A stretch of 64,000 bases of DNA, taken from Nitrosopumilus sp. GTDB taxonomy: Archaea > Thermoproteota > Nitrososphaeria > Nitrososphaerales > Nitrosopumilaceae. The position numbers and the translations under genes were made by a program. The stretch lies in the NCBI GenBank assembly GCA_965205215.1, contig OZ242041.1:256001-320000 (forward strand). Reading direction: 5' to 3'. Below are positions 30,006 to 40,058 of the stretch, in pieces (position 1 is the stretch's first letter; the number at the start of each line of letters is the position of its first letter). A model generated the notes under the pieces. That model was not told the DNA's origin. It was given only the letters and a program-made list of their open reading frames with translations, and searched no databases.

Positions 30006-30740
30006 ATGGGTAAGAGGCCACTTGTAAGGAGAAGAGGCAGGGGAGGAAACCAGTTCAGGGCTTCCTTTACCGGCAAGGTGGGCGCAAGGGCAATCTATCC
30101 AAGGTTCAAGCTCGGCGACCAGCTGGAAGGCAGGGTCATTGACCTGGTCCACGAGCGCGGACGCGACGCGCCGCTCTCCAAGATAAGGTTCGGCGACGGC
30201 TCGGTATCGTTCGTGCCGGCCGTGCTGGGCACCAAGGTGGGCTCCATGGTGCAGTTCGGGCTAAAGTCGGACATTGCGGAGGGCAACGTGATCAGCGTCC
30301 AGAACATACCGGACGGCACCGTGGTGTGCAACATAGAAAAGCACTACGGCGACGGCGGGGCGATAGTAAAGTCGGCCGGCACGAACGCGACGATATTCTC
30401 CCACGGCGACGAGGGCGTGACGGTCAAGCTTCCCTCCGGCAAGTTCACCACGCTGAACCCAAAGAACCGCGCCATGATCGGGACGCTGGCGGGGGGCGGC
30501 GTGAGCGAGAGGCCGTTCATGAGCGCCGGCGGCAAGTGGCGAAAGTTCAGGTCAAAGGGCAAGAAATACCCCATAGTCCGCGGAGTGGCCCAGGCCGCAT
30601 ACGTGCACCCGCACGGGGGCGGAAGGCACCAGCACGTAGGACAGAGCTCCACCGTATCCAGGGACGCGCCCCCGGGGGCAAAGGTCGGAAGCATTGCTGC
30701 AAGGAAGACCGGAAGGGCCAGGATCAAGGAGAGGCGTTGA
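30006..30740 (+). CDS. rpl2: 50S ribosomal protein L2 (uL2)
   Basis: MGKRPLVRRRGRG, VRGVAQ..HPHGGG. Confidence 0.97.
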   Translation: MGKRPLVRRRGRGGNQFRASFTGKVGARAIYPRFKLGDQLEGRVIDLVHERGRDAPLSKIRFGDGSVSFVPAVLGTKVGSMVQFGLKSDIAEGNVISVQNIPDGTVVCNIEKHYGDGGAIVKSAGTNATIFSHGDEGVTVKLPSGKFTTLNPKNRAMIGTLAGGGVSERPFMSAGGKWRKFRSKGKKYPIVRGVAQAAYVHPHGGGRHQHVGQSSTVSRDAPPGAKVGSIAARKTGRARIKERR

Positions 30741-30853
30741 CAGCCACGGCATGGCAACGGTTGCAGCTGGCGGCCCGCGGTGCCGCGTTGTGACGCACCC
30801 ATCGCAGACGCAATGTCAAAACTGATTAATGGTCAGCCCGTCGGCCGTACAGA

Positions 30854-31135
30854 ATGGCAGACCGCCGGGTTCGAATCTTTGTCACGGGCCGCGTGCAGGG
30901 CGTCTTTTTCCGCCAGGCGCTCAAGGTAACGGCAAAGAAGAACAACATACTTGGATGGGTTAGGAACCTCAAGGACGGCCGCGTAGAGGCCGTGCTTGAG
31001 GGGGACGAGGAGGCGCTCGGCCGCGTTATAGAGTGGGCGCATGCGGGGCCGGCAAACGCCAGGGTGGAAGACGTGGAGATCCGCAACGAGGAGGCGCTCG
31101 GCGAGTTCCAGTCATTTGACGTAAGGTACCCGTGA
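30854..31135 (+). CDS. acyP: Acylphosphatase
   Basis: GRVQGVFFR, GWVRNLKDGRVE. Confidence 0.95.
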   Translation: MADRRVRIFVTGRVQGVFFRQALKVTAKKNNILGWVRNLKDGRVEAVLEGDEEALGRVIEWAHAGPANARVEDVEIRNEEALGEFQSFDVRYP

Positions 31136-31194
31136 CGGCGGGGCCGCGGCGTGGCGTCGACACGCGCAGGAACCGGTGACGCGCGGACGCGCGG

Positions 31195-31545
31195 TCAGCG
31201 CACCGAATCGTACGCGGCCGCAATCGCGTCCCTGATCTCCTGGGAGGGGCCGTTCCGGTCCATCCGAACCGTCCGTATCGGATCCCGCCATCCGGTGCGT
31301 ATCTTGATCGTGACCGTTCCGGGGTCATCATCGGAGGGCTTGGCGTCTGCGAACCACCTGGTGTTCATGGACTTGCAGAATACAACGCGGTGGGGCCTGA
31401 CATCCTCTATCACGTTGCCGCCAAGCGACATGCAGAACTGCCGGAGCGCGCCAAACGCCGGGCGCATCTCAGCTGGCAGCTGGCTTTTCTGAAACCCGTC
31501 ATAGCTGCGGGAACTTGCTCCCCCTCCCGAAGGCATCATGTCCAT
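31195..31545 (-). CDS. Hypothetical protein (possibly DUF5655-like)
   Basis: LRQFCMSLGGNVIEDVRPHRVVFCKS...AAYDSVR. The longer ORF overlaps the SRP RNA, so the start is placed at 31545. Confidence 0.6.
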   Translation of the reverse strand: MDMMPSGGGASSRSYDGFQKSQLPAEMRPAFGALRQFCMSLGGNVIEDVRPHRVVFCKSMNTRWFADAKPSDDDPGTVTIKIRTGWRDPIRTVRMDRNGPSQEIRDAIAAAYDSVR

Positions 31546-31575
31546 GCTACGCGCTGCGCGTGCGGTTCTAATTAA

Positions 31576-31891
31576 GGTAGCAGCCCTGCCGGCTCCAGTC
31601 CAGACAGGCGGCCCCATCTCGAGGCGTACAAGATCCGCCACGTTGACGGGGAAGCGTGGAAGCTCCACCTTAGGATTGCTCCCTCCCGGACCTAGTCCCT
31701 TTCGGTGGCTCAGGCTTGGAAGCCGTCCCTTCGAACGGTTCCAGCCTTGCAACCACCCGCCCCGGCGTGATTTCATTTCCGCACGCCAAGCGGGAACCGC
31801 CCATCGGGAGATTTACCCAGCAGTTACTGATCTCTGCGTATAGCCGGTTTCAGAACGGGGCACGGCTGGCACCCCAATCCTCCCTGCTACC
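31576..31891 (-). ncRNA. ffs: Archaeal signal recognition particle (7S) RNA
   Basis: Minus strand contains helix-8 motif GGTCCGGGAGGGAGCAATCC. The 5' GGTAGCAG pairs with 3' CTGCTACC. Length ~316 nt; TATA-like box ~25 nt upstream. Confidence 0.9.
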
Positions 31892-31974
31892 AACGTACGG
31901 TGGCCGAAGTTCTATATTTGCATTAAGATCGCGGGACGGCAGAAGTCCTACACTAGGCGGCGGGCGGACGCCTG

Positions 31975-33078
31975 CTAGCGGCGGATGCGGCCCAGCCTGG
32001 CCATCGTCTCGCACACGGAGCATATTCCGTTGTCTCCCCCCGTGCAGCTGGCGCCACACCGCGTGCACGAAGAGCGCCGCTTGCCGGCGGATTCTGTGGG
32101 GGCGGGGATGGTGGCAGCAGGAGTGTCGGCGGCGCCGTCCGGCCTGCCGGCCCTCGGAGGCTCGGATGTCGCACAGCGATCATGGGCCATCTGTACGATC
32201 CGGAGAACCGACGCGTACATGCTGTTCTTTATGCCGCTCCGCTCAGACTCCAGCGAGTTTAGGAACTCGCGTATCTCGGTCCTTATCCCCTCGTTCATGT
32301 GGGGGCACGGCTCCTGCTGAAACGGGAGCCCGCTTGCAAACGCATAGAATACTATCTCCGACTCGTATATCTCGCAGAACGGCTTTATCCTCCGGGGGTT
32401 TGCGCCGGCATCGGCCGCCGCCCCCGTCGCGCCGCCGGGGCCCATCCACGCGATCTTGTCGGTGTCGCCGGACAGCATGTTGATGAGAAATGTCTGCAGC
32501 GTGTCGTCAAGGTTGTGCCCCGTCGCGACCGCATCGGCGCCCACGTCGGCCGCGGCGATGTCGATGGCCCTGCGCCTGAGCGTGCCGCATATGGAGCACG
32601 ACGACATTCCCCGGGCTCCCTGCTGCTGCTGCCTCAGGCCGAGCGCCTCGTCGAGTGACACCTCGAAGAGGTCCTTGTACGCATACACCCTGTGCCCCAC
32701 CCCCAGCGAGCCGCACACGTCGGACACTATCCCGAGCGCCTCGTCCCTGTATCCGGGGATCCCCTCGTCTATGGTTATGACGTCTATTCCAAAGTTGTGC
32801 CTCTGCGACATCTCGTGCATTATCTGCAGCAGCGCAAGCGAGTCCTTGCCGCCGGATACCGCGACTGCCACCCTGTCCCCGTCCCTGATCATGCCATACT
32901 TGGATATGGTCTTTGCGACCTTTCTTGATATCGAGTGCCTAAAGCATTTGGTGCACAGGGACTGCCCGGAGTACTTGCGCGTATACGCGGCGCGCTCGGC
33001 GCCGCACCGGTCGCACATGCTTGGCGCCCCGCCGGCGCCAAGGCCGCCGCCGGTCCGCGGGGTGGCCGGGGCGCTCAT
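31975..33078 (-). CDS. ttuA: tRNA 2-thiolation protein (TtuA/Ncs6 family)
   Basis: N- and C-terminal CxxC fingers, PP-loop SGGKDS, CSICG, TGHNLDD. Confidence 0.9.
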   Translation of the reverse strand: MSAPATPRTGGGLGAGGAPSMCDRCGAERAAYTRKYSGQSLCTKCFRHSISRKVAKTISKYGMIRDGDRVAVAVSGGKDSLALLQIMHEMSQRHNFGIDVITIDEGIPGYRDEALGIVSDVCGSLGVGHRVYAYKDLFEVSLDEALGLRQQQQGARGMSSCSICGTLRRRAIDIAAADVGADAVATGHNLDDTLQTFLINMLSGDTDKIAWMGPGGATGAAADAGANPRRIKPFCEIYESEIVFYAFASGLPFQQEPCPHMNEGIRTEIREFLNSLESERSGIKNSMYASVLRIVQMAHDRCATSEPPRAGRPDGAADTPAATIPAPTESAGKRRSSCTRCGASCTGGDNGICSVCETMARLGRIRR

Positions 33079-34271
33079 ATCGTAAACCATCCGGACTTCA
33101 GGTAGGACAGCGCTATGTTCAGCACGAACAGCACGAACGTGAACGCGTACGTCCCGATCATTACCACGGTGATCGCCCGCTCGGATATCCTCTCATCAAG
33201 TATGCTGTGGACGAACTTGCCGCCGTCGAGGATCGGAAGGGGCAGCATGTTGATTATCCCGATAAAGAACGATATCATCCACAGCCACAGCAGGAACATC
33301 GAGAACGCCGGATCGTTCCACTCGATAAAGTCCAGCACCGGCTTGTACGCAAGCGAGTTGTCGCGCATTATGCCGACCAGCCCCCTCTCCGGATCGTCAG
33401 GCGCCGGGGTTATCGGGACCTCGAACGACACGTACTGGCCGCTGCGCAGCACCTCCACGTCGGCCACATCCCCGGGCTCCAGCCGCGGAAAGTCAAGCGG
33501 CGTGGTTATCTCGGCTCCGTTTATCCTGGTGATTATGTCCCCTGACAGCATCCCGGCCCCTTCGGCGCCTGACCCCTCTATGACTGAGAGCACCAGTACG
33601 CCCTCGGGCAGCTCGTAAAAGGTCTCGCGGATTGGATCGGGCAGCACTATGGCAAACAGCGGGTTTGTAAGTAGTATGGCGCCGAGCGCGAGCGCAAAGA
33701 TGACGTTTGACGTGGCCCCCGCCCCGATGACGCGCAGCTTGGAGACGCGCTTTGCCTTTTTGAACTCGTCCTCGTCGGGCTCCACGAACCCCGCAAAGAG
33801 CGCGATGAATATGGCAAACCCGCCCGTCTTGATCTTTATCCTCTCAAGGGCGGCCACTATGCCGTGCGCCCCCTCATGTATCACCAGGACTATCGGGATG
33901 GACAAAAGAAAGTACATTATTGACGTGGCCGACGTCAGCGTGACGCCGGGTATGAGGACCGTCAGCTCTGCAAACTCGTCCTGCGCCACAAAATAGTTCG
34001 ATACGTTGTTCAGCAGGAACCAGAACGCAAAGCCCATCATCAGGAACCCGGCCACCACGCTCACGTCTGCAAAGACCCGTATTCCACGCCGGGTGCGGCC
34101 AAGCATCCGTACAAGCACCGAGTTGACTCCCGCGTTCTTGTACGTGAGGCTGTACGGGGTTATCGAGAACCCGTGCCGGTCAAGCCGGATCGCCTTCGCT
34201 ACAACCACGATGACAACCCACGCGATCAGGACGTAGATTATAGAGTTCTGGGTGATGGCGTCGAGATCCAA
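33075..34271 (-). CDS. Site-2 protease (M50) with PDZ domain
   Basis: HEGAHG, GFVEPD, NMLPLPILDGG, PDZ-like GDIITRING. Confidence 0.93.
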   Translation of the reverse strand: MDLDAITQNSIIYVLIAWVVIVVVAKAIRLDRHGFSITPYSLTYKNAGVNSVLVRMLGRTRRGIRVFADVSVVAGFLMMGFAFWFLLNNVSNYFVAQDEFAELTVLIPGVTLTSATSIMYFLLSIPIVLVIHEGAHGIVAALERIKIKTGGFAIFIALFAGFVEPDEDEFKKAKRVSKLRVIGAGATSNVIFALALGAILLTNPLFAIVLPDPIRETFYELPEGVLVLSVIEGSGAEGAGMLSGDIITRINGAEITTPLDFPRLEPGDVADVEVLRSGQYVSFEVPITPAPDDPERGLVGIMRDNSLAYKPVLDFIEWNDPAFSMFLLWLWMISFFIGIINMLPLPILDGGKFVHSILDERISERAITVVMIGTYAFTFVLFVLNIALSYLKSGWFTI

Positions 34272-34802
34272 CTGTTGGCCTGCCCTTGCGCCGTGCATTT
34301 ATCGGTTACTGTAAGCGGGCGCACACAAGGAGTGACAGGCCTGCGCGTCGGCCACTCAAGGCTCTTGCGGCCTAGAGTGTGTGTCTTTGCCAATGGCCTT
34401 AGACGCACACGACGGCTCAGTCTGCGCATGCCTGCTTGAGTCCGGCATCATTTGACGCTTTGTATTGCGTATGGCAGGCGCGAAAGCGGCCACTAACGGT
34501 GATCTACTTGTCATGCATGTTCATATTAGCGCCATGCCGAGAACGGGGCTTTATAGCCGCCGGACAAAGACGATGCCCGGCACTTTCCAGTTCGTGAGCT
34601 CCTGCCTGCGCGCCTACTCGATGGCCGGCTGGAATCACGTAGGCCGCAATAATGGGAATGCGCGCGTGGAATTGCAGATTGTACAAGAAACGTGGATCTC
34701 AAGACGGACGCATTTGGCAGAGAAATGGAAGCGAATTAGGGGCAGGCAAAACCCATGAATTAGAAGCAGTATCCAACCAAAGGTCTTCTAGGTAAAAGAC
34801 GG

Positions 34803-36668
34803 CTACCTGCAAACCAATACCTTGGCAGAGAAGTTGTCGTTAATCCTTGGATCGGGAGACAATGCCACAGCAGGCCTCTTGAGGTCAGCGGTTCCGTCCA
34901 GCAGTGTCTCGAAGTAGTCGTATGCCTTTGCGCCTACATCGCCACAGAGGTTCAGTGATGCGTCTACGGCGTCCCTAAAGTGCACGCCGCTCCACACGCG
35001 GCTGTCGCCGCAAGCCTCCTTGTATTCGGTCCATGTGTTAAATGAGACGTATAGATTGTTTCTCGGTGTTGTGCCGGGCTCATGTACCGAACTTCCTGCG
35101 CGCAGTATGCCGGCCAAGTCATTACCAAAGTTGCCATCTCCGTTGACGTCGGGAATGGTATCGCTACCGCCGTGGTACCTCTTCCATGCCTCCGCCTGGG
35201 CTGCACAGAAGCAAGTCGTGGCCGAGGGATACTCTGGATGGTCGCTCGTGATCACGTAGGGTTGCCAGTTTTCTCCCTGGACCTGTCCATCGTAACGGTC
35301 AACCGTCTGGCCGTCATAGAGATACTGGATTGCCGTTATGGGTCGTACGGCGTCATGCCGGGTCTTTTCCTGCCATGTGACAATGCCCGCGTCAAACTGT
35401 GCAATGTGCAGCATAAAGTCCAACTGCCAGAAGTCCCGGGTGTTCAGACAGTCAGCATAGGGCACGGGTAGTCCATTCTGAGGAGGTGCAAGGGACGGCG
35501 GGCACGCGTTGGTCGCAACAAGAGCACGCTTGTCGCCTGTTGCCAAGGCCTCCACTGCGGGGAAGAACAGCGTTTCGCGAGCCTTGTTGTCAAAGTATTC
35601 GGCCAGCATCTTTTGTTCTTCGGTCAAGGCCGCAACCGCATCCAACACTTCCTGTGCCTGCGCCTTGTAGTCCTGCGGGTTTGAGTAATAGTCGCTCTTT
35701 ACGGGATCCGGCGTGCGGTAGTCGCGCGGGTCTAGCCCAACGGTATACGGCTCTGTGTTGGCCCACTGCGGGGTGATGTACTGCTGCACCCATGACGCAC
35801 CATCGCTAGCGGTCAGACTCAACGGCTGCCACCGTGACAGATCCACCAAGTTATCGGCGGTGTTGACGGGCGTGTAACCGGTCGTGTCCAAGAACTCACC
35901 GGCGGTCGTCCCATCAAAGTTCTGGTTAAAGCCGTCGTTTATGCGCCCATCCATGACACACTGGGCGGCAATGTTGCCGATAGCGATAGCCGCTTGTCTA
36001 GCGGTTGTAAAGGAAGACAGATCCGGATTGTCGCATCCTAGGCCAATGCCCACATCGACGTCGTTTGGATCAAGTCCGTTGTCAGTCAGCATCCTATCCC
36101 ACTGCCCCTTGTAACTTGCGTCGAATGCCATTGCAAGGCGGTACATCGCTTGTATTGATGCAATGTTCATGTTCTCGCTGTTCGCATACTCGGTTGTGGG
36201 GCGGTTAGCTATGTGCGAATAGACGCCCTTGGCATTTTGGCTATAAGGCGCCGTGGCATCATAGCCTACATTCAGTATAATTGTGACATAGCGGAACGCC
36301 AGAGACGGCTCGGCAAAGTTAGGCGAGATCTCTTCGTAAATCCAAGTCCCAAGGTTTGGTATGACCACACCAAAGACGGCGTTTCCGTCAGTCATGGTGA
36401 AGGTTGGATTGTTATAGGAGCCTGGAGGATTAGTGGGAAAGGGGTACGGTGGGAACGGTGGGAACGGTGCGTTTACGTCATTACTCACATCAAAGTTCAT
36501 ATAGTTTCCGCGGGCAAAGGGCGAACCAACCTGTGCCATCGCTTCTTGGGCAGTGGCAGACTCTGTGCCGAGTTCGTCGCTTACGTAAAAGTCAATTGCA
36601 AGTACTGATCCAGCCGCAACTGCTGCTACCAGCACGAAAGCATGTACGATGGTTCCTGTTGTTCCCAT
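34803..36668 (-). CDS. Secreted vanadium-dependent haloperoxidase-like protein (PAP2 superfamily)
   Basis: Signal peptide; motifs KTRHDAVRP, HPEYPSAT and SRVWSGVHFRD. Lower GC3 than flanking genes. Confidence 0.8.
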   Translation of the reverse strand: MGTTGTIVHAFVLVAAVAAGSVLAIDFYVSDELGTESATAQEAMAQVGSPFARGNYMNFDVSNDVNAPFPPFPPYPFPTNPPGSYNNPTFTMTDGNAVFGVVIPNLGTWIYEEISPNFAEPSLAFRYVTIILNVGYDATAPYSQNAKGVYSHIANRPTTEYANSENMNIASIQAMYRLAMAFDASYKGQWDRMLTDNGLDPNDVDVGIGLGCDNPDLSSFTTARQAAIAIGNIAAQCVMDGRINDGFNQNFDGTTAGEFLDTTGYTPVNTADNLVDLSRWQPLSLTASDGASWVQQYITPQWANTEPYTVGLDPRDYRTPDPVKSDYYSNPQDYKAQAQEVLDAVAALTEEQKMLAEYFDNKARETLFFPAVEALATGDKRALVATNACPPSLAPPQNGLPVPYADCLNTRDFWQLDFMLHIAQFDAGIVTWQEKTRHDAVRPITAIQYLYDGQTVDRYDGQVQGENWQPYVITSDHPEYPSATTCFCAAQAEAWKRYHGGSDTIPDVNGDGNFGNDLAGILRAGSSVHEPGTTPRNNLYVSFNTWTEYKEACGDSRVWSGVHFRDAVDASLNLCGDVGAKAYDYFETLLDGTADLKRPAVALSPDPRINDNFSAKVLVCR

Positions 36669-37149
36669 TCTAAACAAGGGTCACGATGTGGGTATAAAAA
36701 AGTATCGAACCCATGCTGTACGCACTCGGATCGACTGAATCGTGCCTGAAATCGCAAAACTTGGGGTGCACTCAGGCACGAACTCGAAACCGGCCTGAGC
36801 GTGTACCCATACTGTGTGGCAGTCCCGCCTAGAAAATGGCGGAATGTCAATGATCGGGCCATGCGATCAGGATCCGGACGCGTCTTGACGGCCGACTCGT
36901 GTCTGGATGCTTGGCCGTGCCCGCATGGCCGAGACGGCGGCGTGGTGGCAGTGGATCCCCAGAAACATGTCAAGGTGGGCGAGATGCTGACGATGCACGG
37001 ACAGGGGCCGCGTGAGGTGTAACCGAAAAAAACTCAACTGCCGCAAGAACAGACGTCCCTCAGTTACACCAACGGCCCGTTTGTCCCCTTGGCCATCGCA
37101 AGTCTAGTACGCAGTAGGGATGTGGACAGATCCGGGGCGTGTGCAGCAA

Positions 37150-37440
37150 GTCGCTTGGAGACGACAATTCGTCCAAACTCCGTTACGCAGGAGGATCCTG
37201 AAAGCTTGACGCGTCCATTGACGGGTTAGAGGATGCAGAAAAGAAAGTGTGGCTACAGGCATCAGTGGCGGCAGGGAAGGGTAAGCCGGAACCATCACGG
37301 CGCGTGACGGGGGGAAAGTACGACTCCGTCCTGAGCCGTCCGGACTCGCCCTCACCATCCGCGCGGAGTGCATGCGGGACGAACACCGCGTGGGAAAGTC
37401 GTTTCGCAAGATGCACGTAACGGCTGACATGAAGTCTGCC
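37150..37440 (+). mobile_element. Degenerate IS5-family transposase remnant
   Basis: Frameshifted LRRRILK/LD, then SGLALTIRAECMRDEHRVGKSFRKMHVTADMKS. This resembles the IS5-type DSTGLK..RGEW.R.K.....F.K.H...D block. Confidence 0.55.
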
Positions 37441-37839
37441 GGCCGAGCCCGGCATACGTCACGTATGTAGGATAAGGCACTTGCCAACGGGAGGCCTGAA
37501 AGGCTGCACGCGAGATACAGTACAGATCCTTTCCCTTCCTTTCCCCCCTCCCCCCTCCCACGAATCCAAGTCCATTGATGAGATCCCACGGGCCTGTTCA
37601 CGCGATGCCAACTGGCGTGTCGCGCATGTCGGTTGAGGAACCGCGGTGGCGCCTGCAGTAATTTGAAAGGGGGCGGCACCGCGGGGAGAAACTACGACGG
37701 CCGCGGATTAACAGACGCAGGGATTGGTGAAGAACACGATGCCGTTGACGGCGGGAGAAGGAAGGAGGCCAATTCTTGAACCCCGCAACCTCCAACCAAT
37801 CTGACAAAGGTATAAAATGTAGGCAGGGTCATTCCACAC

Positions 37840-40026
37840 ATGAGTCAGAGCGGGCTGTCCCTCAAAGTACTGGAGGCATACACCAGGGACGTGGGAAGGG
37901 GCGTCGCAAGGATAGACTACGACTCGATGGACACGCTTGGCGCCTCTACCGGCGACGTAATCGAGATAAAGGGAAAGCGCCGAACTGTTGCAAAGTGCCT
38001 TCCGCTCTACCCGTCAGACGAGGGCAAGGGGATCATAAGGATTGACGGTTTGGGCCGCAACAACTCCGGCATCGCGATAGGCGACACCATCATGGTCAAA
38101 AAGATAAAGGCAGTCGCGGCCGAGAGGGTGGTGGTGGCCCCGCTGGAGTCGATACCCCCCATCGACGAGAGGTACCTGGCCGACGCGCTCGAGAGCGTCC
38201 CGCTGATAAAGGGCGACAACGTGATGGTCCCGTACTTTGGCGGCAGGCTGACGTTCCAGGTCATATCGGTTACGCCGGGATCCGACGCGGTGCTGATCAC
38301 GCAAAAGACCACGTTCACCATAGCAGAAAAGGGCGAGACCCTCCGCGGCGTGCCCCAGGTCACATACGAGGACATCGGCGGCCTGACAGACGAGATCAAA
38401 AAGGTCAGGGAGATGATAGAGCTTCCGCTCAGGCACCCCGAGATATTCGAAAAGCTCGGCATAGAGGCGCCAAAGGGCGTCCTGCTCTACGGTCCGCCTG
38501 GCACCGGAAAGACGCTGCTTGCAAAGGCCGTCGCAAACGAGAGCAACGCCCACTTTATCAGCATATCGGGGCCCGAGATAATGAGCAAGTTTTACGGAGA
38601 GAGCGAGGCCCGCCTCAGGGAGATATTCAAGGAGGCGAGGGAAAAGGCCCCGTCGATAATATTCGTAGACGAGATAGACTCGATCGCCCCAAAGCGCGAG
38701 GAGGTCACGGGGGAGGTGGAGCGCAGGGTCGTCTCGCAGATGCTCTCCCTCATGGACGGCCTCGAGGCCCGGGGCAAGGTCATAGTGATATCTGCCACCA
38801 ACCGCCCCAACGCGATAGACCCGGCCCTGAGGAGGCCCGGCAGGTTCGACCGCGAGATCGAGATCAAGGTGCCGGACAAGAAGGGCCGCAAGGACATACT
38901 TGCAATACACAGCCGCAACATGCCGCTTGACGACGACGTCAACACGGACAAGATATCCGCGATAAGCCACGGGTACGTCGGCGCGGACCTCGAGTACCTG
39001 TGCAAGGAGGCCGCAATGAAGTGCCTCAGGAGGCTGCTGCCCATACTGAACTTGGAGGAGGAGAAGATCCCGCCCGAGACGCTTGACAAGCTGGTGGTGA
39101 ACCACGAGGACTTTACAAAGGCCCTCATAGAGGTCACGCCGTCCGGCATGCGCGAGGTCTTCATAGAGAACCCCGACGTAAAGTGGGAGGAGGTCGGCGG
39201 ACTGGAGGACGTAAAGAGGGACCTGCAGGAGGCAGTCGAGTGGCCCATGAAGTATCCCGGGCTGTACGACAAGCTCGGGCACAACATGCCCCGCGGCATA
39301 CTGCTGCACGGGCCCAGCGGTACCGGAAAGACGCTGCTTGCAAAGGCCGTCGCCACCCAGAGCGAGGCCAACTTCGTGTCGGTCAGGGGGCCCGAGCTGC
39401 TCTCAAAGTGGGTCGGCGAGTCCGAGCGCGGCATACGCGAGATATTCAAGCGCGCGCGCCAGTCGGCGCCGTGCGTGGTGTTCTTCGACGAGATAGACTC
39501 CATCGCGCCGGTCAGGGGCGCCGGGGGCGAGACGGCCGTGACTGAGCGCGTCGTCTCCCAGCTGCTCACCGAGCTGGACGGCATGGAGAACATGCACGGG
39601 GTGGTGGTGCTGGCCGCCACCAACAGGGCCGACATGATAGACCCCGCCCTGCTGAGGCCCGGAAGGTTCGACAAGATAATACAGATTCCGCTGCCCGACA
39701 AGGAGAGCCGCAAGAGCATACTGCGCATAAACGCCAAGAAGATCCCGACCGTCGACAGCCCCGACGACCCGCAACACGTCAACTTTGACAAGATTGCCGA
39801 GATGACCGACGGCATGAGTGGCGCCGACACCGCGTCCATAGCAAACACGGCAGTCTCGCTCGTGATACACGAGTTCCTCGACGCCTACCCCGACGTAAAG
39901 GACGTGGAGAAGAAGAGCACCGAGGCCAGGGTTACGATGCGGCACTTTGAGGAGGCCGTCAAGAAGGTCAGGGAGCAGAAGGACCTTAAGATAGGCGAGA
40001 AGCTGGCCGTCTCTTACTACAGATAA
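37840..40026 (+). CDS. cdc48: Cdc48/VCP AAA+ ATPase
   Basis: N-domain plus two AAA modules ([22 protein letters not shown]); C-terminal YYR HbYX motif. Confidence 0.97.
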   Translation: MSQSGLSLKVLEAYTRDVGRGVARIDYDSMDTLGASTGDVIEIKGKRRTVAKCLPLYPSDEGKGIIRIDGLGRNNSGIAIGDTIMVKKIKAVAAERVVVAPLESIPPIDERYLADALESVPLIKGDNVMVPYFGGRLTFQVISVTPGSDAVLITQKTTFTIAEKGETLRGVPQVTYEDIGGLTDEIKKVREMIELPLRHPEIFEKLGIEAPKGVLLYGPPGTGKTLLAKAVANESNAHFISISGPEIMSKFYGESEARLREIFKEAREKAPSIIFVDEIDSIAPKREEVTGEVERRVVSQMLSLMDGLEARGKVIVISATNRPNAIDPALRRPGRFDREIEIKVPDKKGRKDILAIHSRNMPLDDDVNTDKISAISHGYVGADLEYLCKEAAMKCLRRLLPILNLEEEKIPPETLDKLVVNHEDFTKALIEVTPSGMREVFIENPDVKWEEVGGLEDVKRDLQEAVEWPMKYPGLYDKLGHNMPRGILLHGPSGTGKTLLAKAVATQSEANFVSVRGPELLSKWVGESERGIREIFKRARQSAPCVVFFDEIDSIAPVRGAGGETAVTERVVSQLLTELDGMENMHGVVVLAATNRADMIDPALLRPGRFDKIIQIPLPDKESRKSILRINAKKIPTVDSPDDPQHVNFDKIAEMTDGMSGADTASIANTAVSLVIHEFLDAYPDVKDVEKKSTEARVTMRHFEEAVKKVREQKDLKIGEKLAVSYYR

Positions 40027-40058
40027 TTAATTAAGATGGCAGGGGCAGTTTGTCTGCC

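Noticed and set aside
31546-31776. Upstream part of the 193-aa ORF
   Set aside because: It overlaps the SRP RNA on the same strand.
34465-34758. 97-aa ORF beside the haloperoxidase-like gene
   Set aside because: It has no motif, an atypical start and unusual composition; probably non-coding or decayed.
38014-39945. Long antisense ORFs over cdc48 (also over gatE, ureC and atpB)
   Set aside because: These are typical high-GC antisense shadows without recognisable motifs.
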